Both the position numbers and the translations under genes were made by a program. Below the pieces are notes generated by a model that had not been told where the DNA came from, searched no databases, and worked only from the letters and a program-made list of their open reading frames with translations. Below are positions 25,519 through 36,413 of a stretch of DNA of 64,000 bases, piece after piece. How positions within the stretch are numbered: the first letter of the stretch is position 1; each line of letters starts with the position of its first letter. The stretch comes from Scenedesmus sp. PABB004 (lineage: Eukaryota), in assembly GCA_014905635.1 (NCBI GenBank), contig CM026547.1, forward strand, positions 2,170,001 to 2,234,000, written 5' to 3'.

Positions 25519-27961
25519 GCCCGGCGGCGGCGGCGGCGGCCCCGGCCCGAGCGACGGCGCCGCGTCGGACGCGGCGGGCCTGGGCAGCCTGGACGAGTTT
25601 TTGGCGCAAGACGCCACCAGCGGGGGCGGCAGCAGCAGCGACGCCGCCGGCGCGGGCGGCGACGCGCTGAGCAGCCTGGCAGCGGCGGCGGGCGACCAGG
25701 CCGCTGACCTGGCGACGGCGATGCCGGCGGTCGCGCTGACCGCGCAGCAGCTGCAGCTGCAGCTGCTGCAGTTGCTGCAGCAGCACCACTTCAGCGCGGA
25801 GGAGCTGCAGCGGCGGCTGCTGGCGCAGGTGGACGCGGCGGAGGCATACTTCCGGACCCACGTCGCGGGCACCGCGCTCGAGGCGCTGCTGCTGGCCAGC
25901 AGCGCGCCGCCCGCCGGCGCGGCCGCCGATGCGGGCGCCGACGCGGCTGGCGGCGAGGAGGGGGACGGCGGCGAGGCCGCAGCGGCGGCGGCGCCGCCGG
26001 CGTGGCTCGACTTTGACGCGCAGCGCAGCGCGATCGCGGGCCTCGTCGCAGCGCTCGCGCCGCTGCTGCAGGACGCGGGCCCGGAGCAGGAGCGCGAGGT
26101 CGGCCGCGTGCTGGCGGCGCTGCGGCACGCGCTGTCCGGCGCGGCGCACGCGCCGGCGGAGGGTGAGCAGCAGCCGGCGGGCGGCGCGGACGGCGTGGCG
26201 GGCGTGATCAAGGCCGCGCCGCCGGCCGCGTTTGCCGCGGCCTTCAACCAGCTGGACCTGGCGGGCCGGCAGCGGGTGCTGGAGCTGGCGCCCGAGGCGC
26301 GCATCGCGCTCAACGTCCAGGGCGCCGACCTGCGCGCGGCGCTGGCGGCCGGCGGCAGCGACGGCGGCGGTGCTGACGGCGGCGCCGACGGCGACGCCGC
26401 GCCGGCCGAGAAGCACGCGCCGCCGGGCGCGTGGCCGGGCGCGGTGCCGCCGCTGGTGGACGTGTGGGGCTTTGAGGAGCTCCCGCGCGCGCAGCTGGCC
26501 GCGCTGCAGGCCGCCACGGGCGGCGTGCAGCGGCTGCTGGACGCGCTGCCGCCCGGCGACGGCGGCGACGGCGGCGGCGCGCGCCCCGCGCCGGGCGCGG
26601 GCGAGCTCGCGGCGGTGCAGGCGGCGGTGCGCCTGTACAGCGGGCTGGTGTGGGAGTACGACCGCGTGCTGGGCGAGCAGGCGGCGCAGGCGGTGGGCGG
26701 CGCGGCGCCGCCGCCGCTGCCGCCTGCGGCGCAGCGCCGCGCGGTGCGCATCCTCGCCGCGCTCGACCCGCACGCGGTGGAGAAGCTGCTGCTGTGGGAG
26801 AGCTACATGAAGGAGGAGGCCGGCGCCGCGGGGGGCGGCCGCCGCGGCGACGCGCGCCGCCTGCACCGCCTCAAGCGCCGCGTCCACGCGGCCATCAAGC
26901 AGCTCGACGCCCAGGCGGTGCGCGCCCGCCGCGCCCGCCGCGCGCCGCGCGCTGCGCGCCGCGCGCCCGCCCGCCCCTCCCCCCACCCGCCCGCCCGCCG
27001 CACGCCGCCGCACGCGCCGCTGCACGCGCCGCCGCCGCGCAGGCTGCCGCGGGCGCGCCGAGCAGCTTTGCCGACTATCCGGACCTGCCCGCCGACGCGC
27101 CGGCGAGCGCGCGGGTGTCGCCCGACCTCATGGCGGGGCACCTCGACGCGGTCGTCGTGGGCCGCACGTTCCACCGCGGCAGCGGCGACCGCCACTTTGT
27201 GCGCCCGCTGAGCTACCCCTCGTTCGAGGGCTACAGCCTCGAGGTGCGGGCGCGGGCGCGGGCGCGGGCGCGGCCGTGGCGTGCGCGGCGGCGGCCCCAG
27301 GGCTGCGGCGGCGGCGGCGGGCCGGCGCCGAGCGCGCCCGCCCCCGCCCCCCGACCTGCTGTCGCGTCGTGGCGCAGGAGTTTGACGCGGCGCGCGAGGG
27401 CGAGCTGAGCGCGGTGACGCGCCTCGCCGCGGAGCGGGAGGACAACATGATGTGGAAGGAGTTCAGGGACCGCCTGCTGCGCAACCTGGGCCTGGTGCGC
27501 CACACCGCGCCGCGCCGCGGGCGGCGGGGCGCGGGCGCGGGCGCCGGCCGCCGGACGCAGCGCGCCGCGCGCTCACGGCGCGCCGGCGCCGCGCGCGCCG
27601 CGACCTGCAGATCGCGCCCGACCTGCACCAGCACGTGGGCACCGTGCGGCCGCCCAAGCCCGACGCCGGCTGGTCGTGGGTCGTGCACCCGGTGGGCGGC
27701 GCGGCCCGCGCGCTCACGCGCGCCGAGCTGCGGCGCCAGGCGCGGCAGCAGTGGCTGGAGGGCGACGGCGACGCCGACGGCGCCGCGGGCTCCGTGTCGG
27801 GGCTGGACCCCGCGCTGGGCCCCGCGCCGTCGCGGCCGTACGTGGCGGAGCCGGGCGGCGCGCTGCGCGGGCTCAACGAGGCCGAGGCGCTCGTGGTCGG
27901 CGACCGCCGCGCCAAGCCGCGCCGCCGCTGGAACGCCAGCATGCGCGGGCGGTCCCTGTGA
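24703..27961 (+). CDS. Putative mitochondrial ribosomal protein mS45-like, with large insertion
   Basis: Transit-like N-terminus. LSDHSKNLMYLL..KDPQRWTIPALADKFRVRRQRVLAILALKE and the C-terminal KEFRDRL...GWSW...VAEPGGALRGLNEAE...KPRRRW resemble my recollection of plant mS45. Needs HMM confirmation. Confidence 0.6.
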
Positions 27962-28244
27962 GGGTAACGCGGAGGTGGAGGCCGCGAGGGGGAGCGTCAG
28001 CGGCAGTTCAGCTGCGGCGCGTCAGCTGCGGCGGGCCAGCGCAGCTGACCTGCGGCGCGTCAGCTCACGGTGTCGGGGCGGCCGTCAGCGCGGCGGGCGG
28101 CGCACGGCCCCGCGGCGCGCCGCACCCACCGCACAGCATTGCTCTCCGTCCTGCGCTGACCCCGCCGCGCCCCGCCCGGCCGGGCGCGTCCTGCTCGCGC
28201 GCGGACCCCAGCAGCAGCCAGGCCAAGCCTCGCGGTGCACCAGG

Positions 28245-29750
28245 ATGGTCGACTTCAGTGGCGGCTCGTTCCCTCTGCTGCCCGCTCGATGTTGCTTTGG
28301 GATTCCCGTGCGCATGCACTGTGAGCGTCGGCCGGAGCGCCGCGGGCTCTCGCGATGCCAACTGGCCGCCCAGCAGCGACCGCCACGCTTTGGGGCTCCA
28401 GCCTTGGGCCGGCGCCAGGCAGCGCACCGCGGCAGCGCTGGGCGCCGCCCCCAGCTCACGCCCCCGCCCGCCGCGCTGCTGCTGGCGCCGCTGCTGGCGA
28501 CGCGCGTCGCAGACCTGTTCCCGCTGTTCCTGGTCCTGCAAGTGGCGGGCAGCTTCGTGTATGGCGGCCTATGGCCGCTGGTGAGCCTGGCGGCGCGCGC
28601 TCGGCGGCCGGGGCCTGGCGTCAGCAGCTGGCCGCGCGCGAGGCCTGACCCGCCGCCCCGCGCTGCGGCGGCGCTGCAGTACTGGTTCATCATCCTCGGC
28701 CCCGTGCTGCTCGCCACGGTGCTCTTCCACGAGCTCGGGCACTGCCTCGCCGCGCGCCAGGTCGGCGGCACGGCGCACAGCATCCTGCTGTGGCCGCTCG
28801 GCGGCCTCGCCTACATCGGCCACGACAAGGGGCCCAAGGGTGCGCCCGCGCCGCGGCGGCGCGCGCGCGGGCGGCGCGCGCAGCCGCCGACAGCGCCCGC
28901 GCGCCCGCCGCGCAGCCGACATGTGGGTCGCGGTCGCGGGCCCGCTCACGCACGTGCCGGGCGTCGCGTTCTGGCTCGCGATGCTCGCCGTCGCGAGCTG
29001 GGTCGCGACCGGCCACGCGCACGTGAGCCTCGCGTGGCCGACGCGGCTCAGCACGCGCAGCCTCGGCGTCGCGGTGTGCGTGGGCGCGGTCGTGCTCAAC
29101 ATATCACTCTTTGTCTTCAACCTCCTCGTACCCGCCTACCCCCTGGTTGGCGCGCCGCGCGCCCCGGCCGCGCGGCGGCGCGGCAGCGCGGCAGCATGGT
29201 GGCGGCGCGGCGCGGACGCCGACGCGCGGCGCGGCGCGGCGCCCGCCGCAGGACGGCGGCCGCATCCTCGTGGACGCGCTGCTGACGTGCGGCGTCGCGG
29301 AGCGCACGACCGCGGTCATCACCTGCTGCGTCGCGGCGCCGATCGCGATCGGCATCGTCGTCCTCGGCGCGGTGCGCTTCCAGGTCGTCACCATCCTGGT
29401 GCGGCGCCGGCGCCGGCGCGGGTGCCGCCGCGGCCGCGTCCGCGGCCGGCAGCGCCGGCGCGCGGCAGCGGCGCCGAGCCCCGGCCCGCGCGCCGCGCCG
29501 CGAGCAGGTTGGGCTGTGGATCCTCTACTCGACGTGGCAGCTGTTTGACTGCTACCGCAAGGGGCAGCTTGCGCTGCACCCGATGTTCGCGTTCACCGCC
29601 GCGCAGCACGGCGGCGGCGCGGGCCCGGGCGCGCCGCCGGTCAACCCCTTTGCGGCGCCCGGGCAGGTGGCCATGCCGGGGAGCAGCTACAAGCCGCCCG
29701 TCGGCGCGGGGCCGCCGCCCGGCTACCCGGCGGGGCCGGCGCGCGTGTGA
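28245..29750 (+). CDS. Site-2 protease / M50 family intramembrane metalloprotease, multi-exon
   Basis: FGIPVRMH, hydrophobic segments, VLFHELGH (HExxH), ILLWPLGG, VAVAGPLTH, FNLLVPAYPL-DGGRIL. TGA at 29748-29750. Confidence 0.9.
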
Positions 29751-30177
29751 GGGCGGCGGCGCGGTGCGCCGGCGGCGTGTGCACGCGGCCCTCTGACGTG
29801 ATGCAACAGGCGGCACCGGACGGCCACGGGTGCGTCCGGGGAGTCGCTGTGCGGGCGGCGGTCGCTGGCTCGGCGCGCGCCCGCTCCCAGCCGGCGCCCC
29901 GCCACACCGCGGCACAGTCACGGGCCTGTTGGAGGGGTCGTCGCCAGCAACAACGGGCGCCGGCCCGGACTGCGCCGGCCCGGACTGCGCCAGCGCGCGC
30001 CGAGGGGCCGGCGCCGAAGACCCAAACCCCGCGCCTGCAGCGTGCAGGCAGCCCTGCTGGCCCCGCGCTCGCCGCGGAGGCACCAAGTAGTAGCAGCCCG
30101 CACGACGCCTGCGGCCGTCCACACACTCCCCCAGCGCGGCGCAGAGAGGGGCATGGGCGCGCTCGCCGGCTCGCGCC

Positions 30178-33100
30178 ATGGCGTCTGCCTGCGTTGCGCC
30201 TGAGAGCTACTCGCGCTTCCCCGGCGGCGACGGAGACGCCATAGCCGGCCGGCTGAGCTCGGACCAGGCGCAGCGGGTGCGGCGGACCGCGGCGCGGCGG
30301 GGCGGCGCGGGCGCGGCGATCCCGGCGCCGCGGCGGCGCGCCAGGGCCACGGCCCGGCCCTGGGACGCCCGCGCCGGGCCGGGCGGGCGCGCGGGGCGCC
30401 GCGGTGCGGCCCCGCCAGCCGCGGCGCGGTGGCGCGTCGGGGGCGGTGATCTGGGCGCGAGGCGCTAGCATTCCGCGCGCCAGCGCCGCCGCGCGGCCGC
30501 GGGAGCGGCGCCGGCCGCTCCGCGGCCGCGGGCGCGGCGCAGCAGGGGCGCCCGGCCGCCTGCGCCGCGCTGCGGGCGCGGACGCGGCGCCCCACGCGCG
30601 CCGGCGCCGTGACGCAGGACGCGGAGTCGATCAAGCACGTGCGCACCGCGTTTGCGCGCGCTGGGGAGCGACACACGCCCTGGGATGCTGGTGCGCCGCG
30701 CGCTGCTCGCCGCGCCGCGGCGCGCCCCGGGACGCGGGCCAGGCGCCGGGACACGTCCGGCGCCGCGCCGCACGCGGCCGCGCCGAGGCCCGCGGCTGCG
30801 GTCGGCGTCCGCGCGGAAGGAGTCGCGATGCCGCGCGTCGCCCGCCCTCCCCGCGCGCCGCCCGCGCCGCAGTGCCGTTCACGCCCAGCCAAGGAGTGTG
30901 CTCTGCCAGCCCGAACGTGAGCAACAAAAACATGTTCAGCCCCTTTGCCAACCAGGTGCGCCGCTGCGGCGGCGAGCAGCGAGCAGTGGCGCCGGCGCCA
31001 GGCTGGCGACGCGCGCCAGGCTGGCCGCTGCGGCAGCGCCTCGGCGGCGCCTCGGCGCGGGCGCGCGCGCGCGCCGGCCCGCCGGCCCGCCCGCCCACCC
31101 GCCGGCAACGCGCGGCGGCGCGGCCGCAGAACCCGGCCCTCGGCGGCGTGCCCTCTGATGGCAGCGGCAGCGACCTCTCGGGCGGCGTCGGCCTGCCGCC
31201 GTCGCCCATCGACGGCCTGTCGGCGTACAGCCCCTTCATGGGCGTGCCCTGGGGCGCGCACATGGCCTCCTACCTCAGCGACGCGCCCGCGCCGCCGCAC
31301 CTTGACATGCCCGGCTCGCCGATGAGCCCAGGTGCGCGCGCGGGCGCGCCGCGGGCACCGGCCGCGGCGGCGAGGCGGGCCGGGGCCGGGGCCAGGGCCA
31401 GGGCGAGGGCGGGGCGCCGACGGCCGCCGCGCGCCGACGGCCGCCGCGCGCCGCCGCCGCGCCGCAGGCGTGATGCTCAACCCCAGCCCGTCGCCCGGCG
31501 GCCTGGGCGCGCCCGGCTCGCCGCGCTCGCTGTTCAGCAGCCCCACGCCATACAGCGGCGCCGGCGCCCTCAACGGCGGCGGCAGCGTGCGCGGCTCGCT
31601 GCAGCTCACGGGCAGCTTCACCGGCGGCGGCGCGCACATGGCGGCGGCCGAGGCGGCGGCCGCCAGCGCGGCCGCGGCGGCGGCGCTCAACGCGCACCAC
31701 GCGGCGCTGCCGCCCTTCTACTACCAGGCCGCCGCGGCGGCGGCGGGCGGCGGCGGCGGCGGCGGCGCCGCGCTGTCGTCGCTGCAGGCCGCGTTCAGCA
31801 GCACGCTCATGGGCCAGCAGGCGGCGAGCCTCGCGGCGGCGCAGCAGCAGCAGCAGGCGGCGGCAGCGATGCAGCAGCACCTGCTGCAGGCCAGCCTCAG
31901 CGCGGCGCTGAGCCAGGCGGGGGGGCAGCCCTTCCTGTCGGGCTACCCCTCGGCCATGCTGTCGGCGCTGGAGCCGATGCGCAGCGCGGGCGGGTCGCTC
32001 AGCCTGGACGGCGGGCTGCAGGCGCAGGCGAGCGCGTCGGCGGCCGCGGCGGCGGTGCTGCTGCAGCAGCAGCAGCAGCAGCAGCAGCATGCCGCGCAGC
32101 TGCGGCGCAACATGTCGACGCCCGCCGCGGTCGCGGCGCAGCTGGCGGGCCTGAGCGCGGGCGGCGGCCTCGGCCTCGGCCACGGCGGCCTGAGCGCGAG
32201 CGCGGGCGCGCTGCCCCTCGCGGCGCACATGGGCCGCCTGCACGTCACGCACAGCGCCGACCTGAGCCACCTCGAGGCGTCGGCGCTGCTCGGCGGCGCG
32301 GGCGGCATGGCGGGCGCGCGCAGCAAGTTCAAGGCGCGCAAGAACAGCGAGCCCAAGATCGGCCCCGACGGCCAGCCGCGCCTCAACGCGCGGCAGCGCC
32401 GCACGCTGCGCCGCGCCAAGGAGCGCGCGCTCAAGGGCCTGCTCGAGGTCAGCCAGGCGCTGCTGCAAAAGGCGGAGGTGCAGGTCACGGTGCCCAACAT
32501 CAGCCACCTCACCGCGCTGGAGGAGCTCGCCGCGGTCGAGGCGGAGAAGGAGGCGGCCGCGGGCGCCGACGGGCCGCTCAGCCCCGGCGGCAGCGCGCCC
32601 GCGCGCGGCGGCGGCGGCGCCGACGGCGCGCCGCCCCGCGCGGGCGGGCCGACGCGCAGCCAGCAGCTCGCGGCCGCCGCGGCGGCGGTGGAGGAGAGCG
32701 TGTGCGAGATCGCGCGCGCCGCGGTCGCGGCCGTCACGGCGCAGGCGACGGGCAAGGACACGGCGACCGCGGCCGCGGCGGCGCACGCGGCCGCGGCCAA
32801 CGCGGCCAGCGCGGCCGCGAGCGCCGGCGCGGTGCTGCCGCCCAACTTTGTGATGCCCGAGGCGGAGAGCGTGCTCGGCGCGCCGCCGGGCGAGCTGAGC
32901 GGCGAGGGCCTCGCCGAGTGCCTCTCGCACAGCGCGCCGACGAGCCCCGTCACGGCGAGCGAGGGCGCGAGCGCGCGGAGCAGCAGCTGCAGCTCCAGCA
33001 GCGGCAGCCTGCCCGGCAGCGGGCGCTGCAGCTCCACCGGCAGCGCGGCGTCGAGCTACGGCGGCGGCAAGCCCCCCGCGGGCGCGCGGCCGACGCTCAA

Positions 33101-33491
33101 CACGGCCGCGCTGCCGAGCCCGGCCTGCAGCCCGCTGCCGAGCCCCACGCCCTGCTCCACGCCGGGCGGGCTCACGCCCAAGCCCGGCATGGGCAGCCAG
33201 CTGGAGAGCATCGACATCGCCGGCCTCATCGGGCAGCTCAGCCTCAAAAAGGACGAGGGCGTGGTCGACGACAAGCTCATCCGCGACCTCACCATCATTC
33301 AGTCCCTCATTGGGGCGCTCAAGGCCCCCGGCAGCGCCGCCGCGCTCGACGCCTGCGCAAGCCCGAGCCCGCTGCCCGCGGGCCGCGCGGGGCGCGCCGG
33401 CGGCGCGCCGACGCCGCCGGCCGCGCCCAAGCGCACGGGCAGCTACGGCGCCGGCTCGGCGGCGCTGCTGCACCCCGGCCTGCCGCACTGA
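30178..33491 (+). CDS. Hypothetical low-complexity protein with basic motif, multi-exon
   Basis: Coherent exons from MASACVAPESY to a long terminal exon ending HPGLPH-TGA. Contains the basic segment SKFKARKNSEPKIGPDGQPRLNARQRRTLRRAKERALK. Confidence 0.6.
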
Positions 33492-34823
33492 GGCGGCGCC
33501 GGGGCAGCAGGGCGGGGGCGGAGGCGGGGGCGGGGGCGGGGGCGGGGCGGGGGCGGGGGCTCGCGCGTGCCGACGCACGCACAGGCGCGCAGCGCCGCGC
33601 GCGGGCGGCGTTCTTTGCAGCGCCCACGAGGCGCTGGCGGCGGCTTGTTTCATAGCGCCCTGCGTCCCGCTGACATTCCCTGCGGACGTGGCGCGGGGCA
33701 CATCGTCCGCGCCGCACGGGCGCCATTTTCCCTCGCGCGCGGGCGTGCGCGCGCATGCGCGCCCGCGCGGGCGGGGCGCGCAGCAGCAGCAGCAGTCGCC
33801 GGGGCGCCGGCCGTTGCAAGACCCGGCCGGCGCCCGCGGCGCCGCGGCGCGCGCCCCCCGCGGCGGCGGCACGGCAGGGGGGGGGCGCGCTGAGGGAGCG
33901 CAGGAGGCGGCGTGCGCACGGCGGGCCGCGCCGCCGCGCGTGCGCACGCGCGCGCGTGGCGGCGCGGCTCTCTCTGGCAGACCAGAATCAACAAACTGCT
34001 CTAGGCACTCGGAACGATGATGATGACGGCGACAGGCGCTCCCAGCGGTGCGGCACGCGGGCGGCGGCGGGCTGCACAGGCCCGCCCGCGCTGCGCGCGC
34101 GCCTCGCGCCCGCAGTGTACAGTTCGGCGGGGGGCGCCGGTTTTGGCGGCTGTCGGGCGCGGCCCACGCGCCGCCGCCTCGTGTGAATGTGCAACGCTCC
34201 CACGCCTCGTGTGAAGCTGAAAGACGCACTCGCCGTTTGTGTGTGTGCACCCACGCATGCGCAGCCGCGCTCGCGGCCGGGCGCGGCGGCCGCGAGGCGG
34301 CCGCGCCCGCGCACGCGGGGCGCCCGCGGCGCTGGATGACGGCCGGCCTGGCCCCTGCACAGATGCCTGCGTTTGACGACTCTTTCGTGCAGCCCGCAGC
34401 AGCAGCGTGGCTGGCGCTGGTGGGGCCGTGCGGCGAGGCGGGCGCGCGCGCTGCGAGCGCGAGCGCGCGCCGGCCGCCGCGCGCGCGGCGGTCGCGGTGG
34501 GGTGCTGTGAGACGCACCCGCCACGACCGCCGCAGCCGCCGGCCGCTCCCACTGTACACACGACCCAACGCAGCGGCGGGGCCTTTGGGGTGCGGGCAGC
34601 GACGGGCGGGCGGATCGGGCGCGTCTGTCTGCTGCTATCTAAGAGGTCTGGCGGCGGTGGCGGCCCGGGGGCGGCGCCGGAGGCGGCGGCATGAGCTGCG
34701 ACACGCTCGCCGTGGGTCACGCGGGCGCCCTGCCTGCGCGGCCGGCTCGCCGGCGGCGCCCCCGGCCAGAGCCCACCGACAGCGCGCAACATGGTAACCT
34801 TCATCCGTGCTCCCTCACGCGCC

Positions 34824-36316
34824 TCACGCGCCGCCATCGAGCTCGGCCCGCAGCCGCTGCAGCTCCGCCAGGACGTCGGCAAACGCGGGCCGCGCCTCGG
34901 GCGCCTGCGCCCAGCACGCCGTGATCAGCCGCCACAGGCCGTCGGGGCAGCGCGCCGGCCGCGCCAGGCGCTCCTTCTGCGGCGGCGGGCGCGAGTGGGC
35001 GGGCGGGCGGGTGAGCCGCGCGGGCTGCGACCGCGAGCACGCAGCCAGCGGCGCCGCGGCGCCGCCGCCCCGGCACCTGCACGCCGACGGTGTAGATGAT
35101 CTGCCGCGGCGGGCCGGGGCGGAGCGGGGCGGGGCGGGCGGGGCGGGGCGGGGCGGGGCGCTCCGGGTGTGCGCGCCGGCTAGGAAAGCTCGCCCGGCTG
35201 GCGCGCGCGCCGCGCACCTGCATCGCCGACAGGTCCCGCCACGGCTGCGCCTGCGCGCAGCACTCCCAGAGCAGCACCGCCATGGAGAAGACGTCGACCT
35301 TGTCCGTCACGGGGCTGCCCTCAAACTGGCGGCTCGGCGGCCGGCGCGCGGCGTGTGGGCCGGCGCGGGGAGCGCAGGGGCAGGACGCGCGCCTGGCATG
35401 CGCGGCGTGGCGCGGCGCGGCGCGGCCACCGGCCCCCCGGCCACCTGCTCGGGCGACATGTACGCCGGCGTGCCCGCGCCCTGCAGCCGCGTGCTGCTGG
35501 CGGCGAGCGAGGCGTCGCGCATCTTGCTGATGCCAAAGTCACACACCTGCGGGCACCGCGGCGGGGCGCGGCGCGCGCGTCGTGGCGGGCAGCGGCGCAG
35601 CGCGGCGCGTGCCGCCCCCCCCCCCCCCCCCCACCGCGCCCCGCGGGCCCTCGCGCGCCTTGGCGCGGCCGGCGCGGTCGATGACGACGTTTTGGGGCTT
35701 GAGGTCGCGGTGCACCACCTGGGGCACCAGGCCGTGCAGGTAGGCCATCGCGCTCGCGACGTCCACGCCAATGCGCAGCACCTCGCCCAGCGCGAGCGGC
35801 GCCGGCGGCGGCGCCGGCGCGCGCGCCTCGCCGCCGCCGGGCCGGCCGCCGCCGGGCCGGCCGCCGCGGCGCCCCGGCGCGCGTGCAGGCGCGCGTGCAG
35901 CGAGCCGCCCTCGGCCAGCTCCTCCAGGATCGCGATGTGCGGCGGGCAGGCGCACGCGCCGAAGAACGCGACGATGCACGGGTGGCTGACCTGGCTCAGC
36001 ACGCGGATCTCGCCCCGCACCGCGCGCAGCGACGCGGCGCTCGCGGCGAGGCCCATGCCGCCGGCGAGCGCGCCGCCCGGCGCCGCGGCGGGGCCGGGCC
36101 CGTGCGAGCCGGGGCGCGGCGCGCCGCCGCCGCCGCCGCCGTCCGGCGGTGCGGCGCTGACAAGCGCGAGCGGCGGGTGCGGGGGCTGCGGGGGCGTGAG
36201 GGTCATGAAGGGCACCAGCTTCACCGCGATCACCTGCCCCCGCCAGCGCGCGCGGAAGACCTGCGGCGGCGCGCGCGCGCGCGCGCGCGGCGCGCAAGGG
36301 TGTCACGCGGCGCACA

Positions 36317-36413
<97 letters not shown>

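Noticed and set aside
30404..34568. Long Arg/Ala/Gly-rich ORFs of over 1000 aa (and similar ones across the window)
   Set aside because: These are shadow ORFs caused by stop-codon scarcity at very high GC; they overlap real genes in other frames and have no domain-like sequence.
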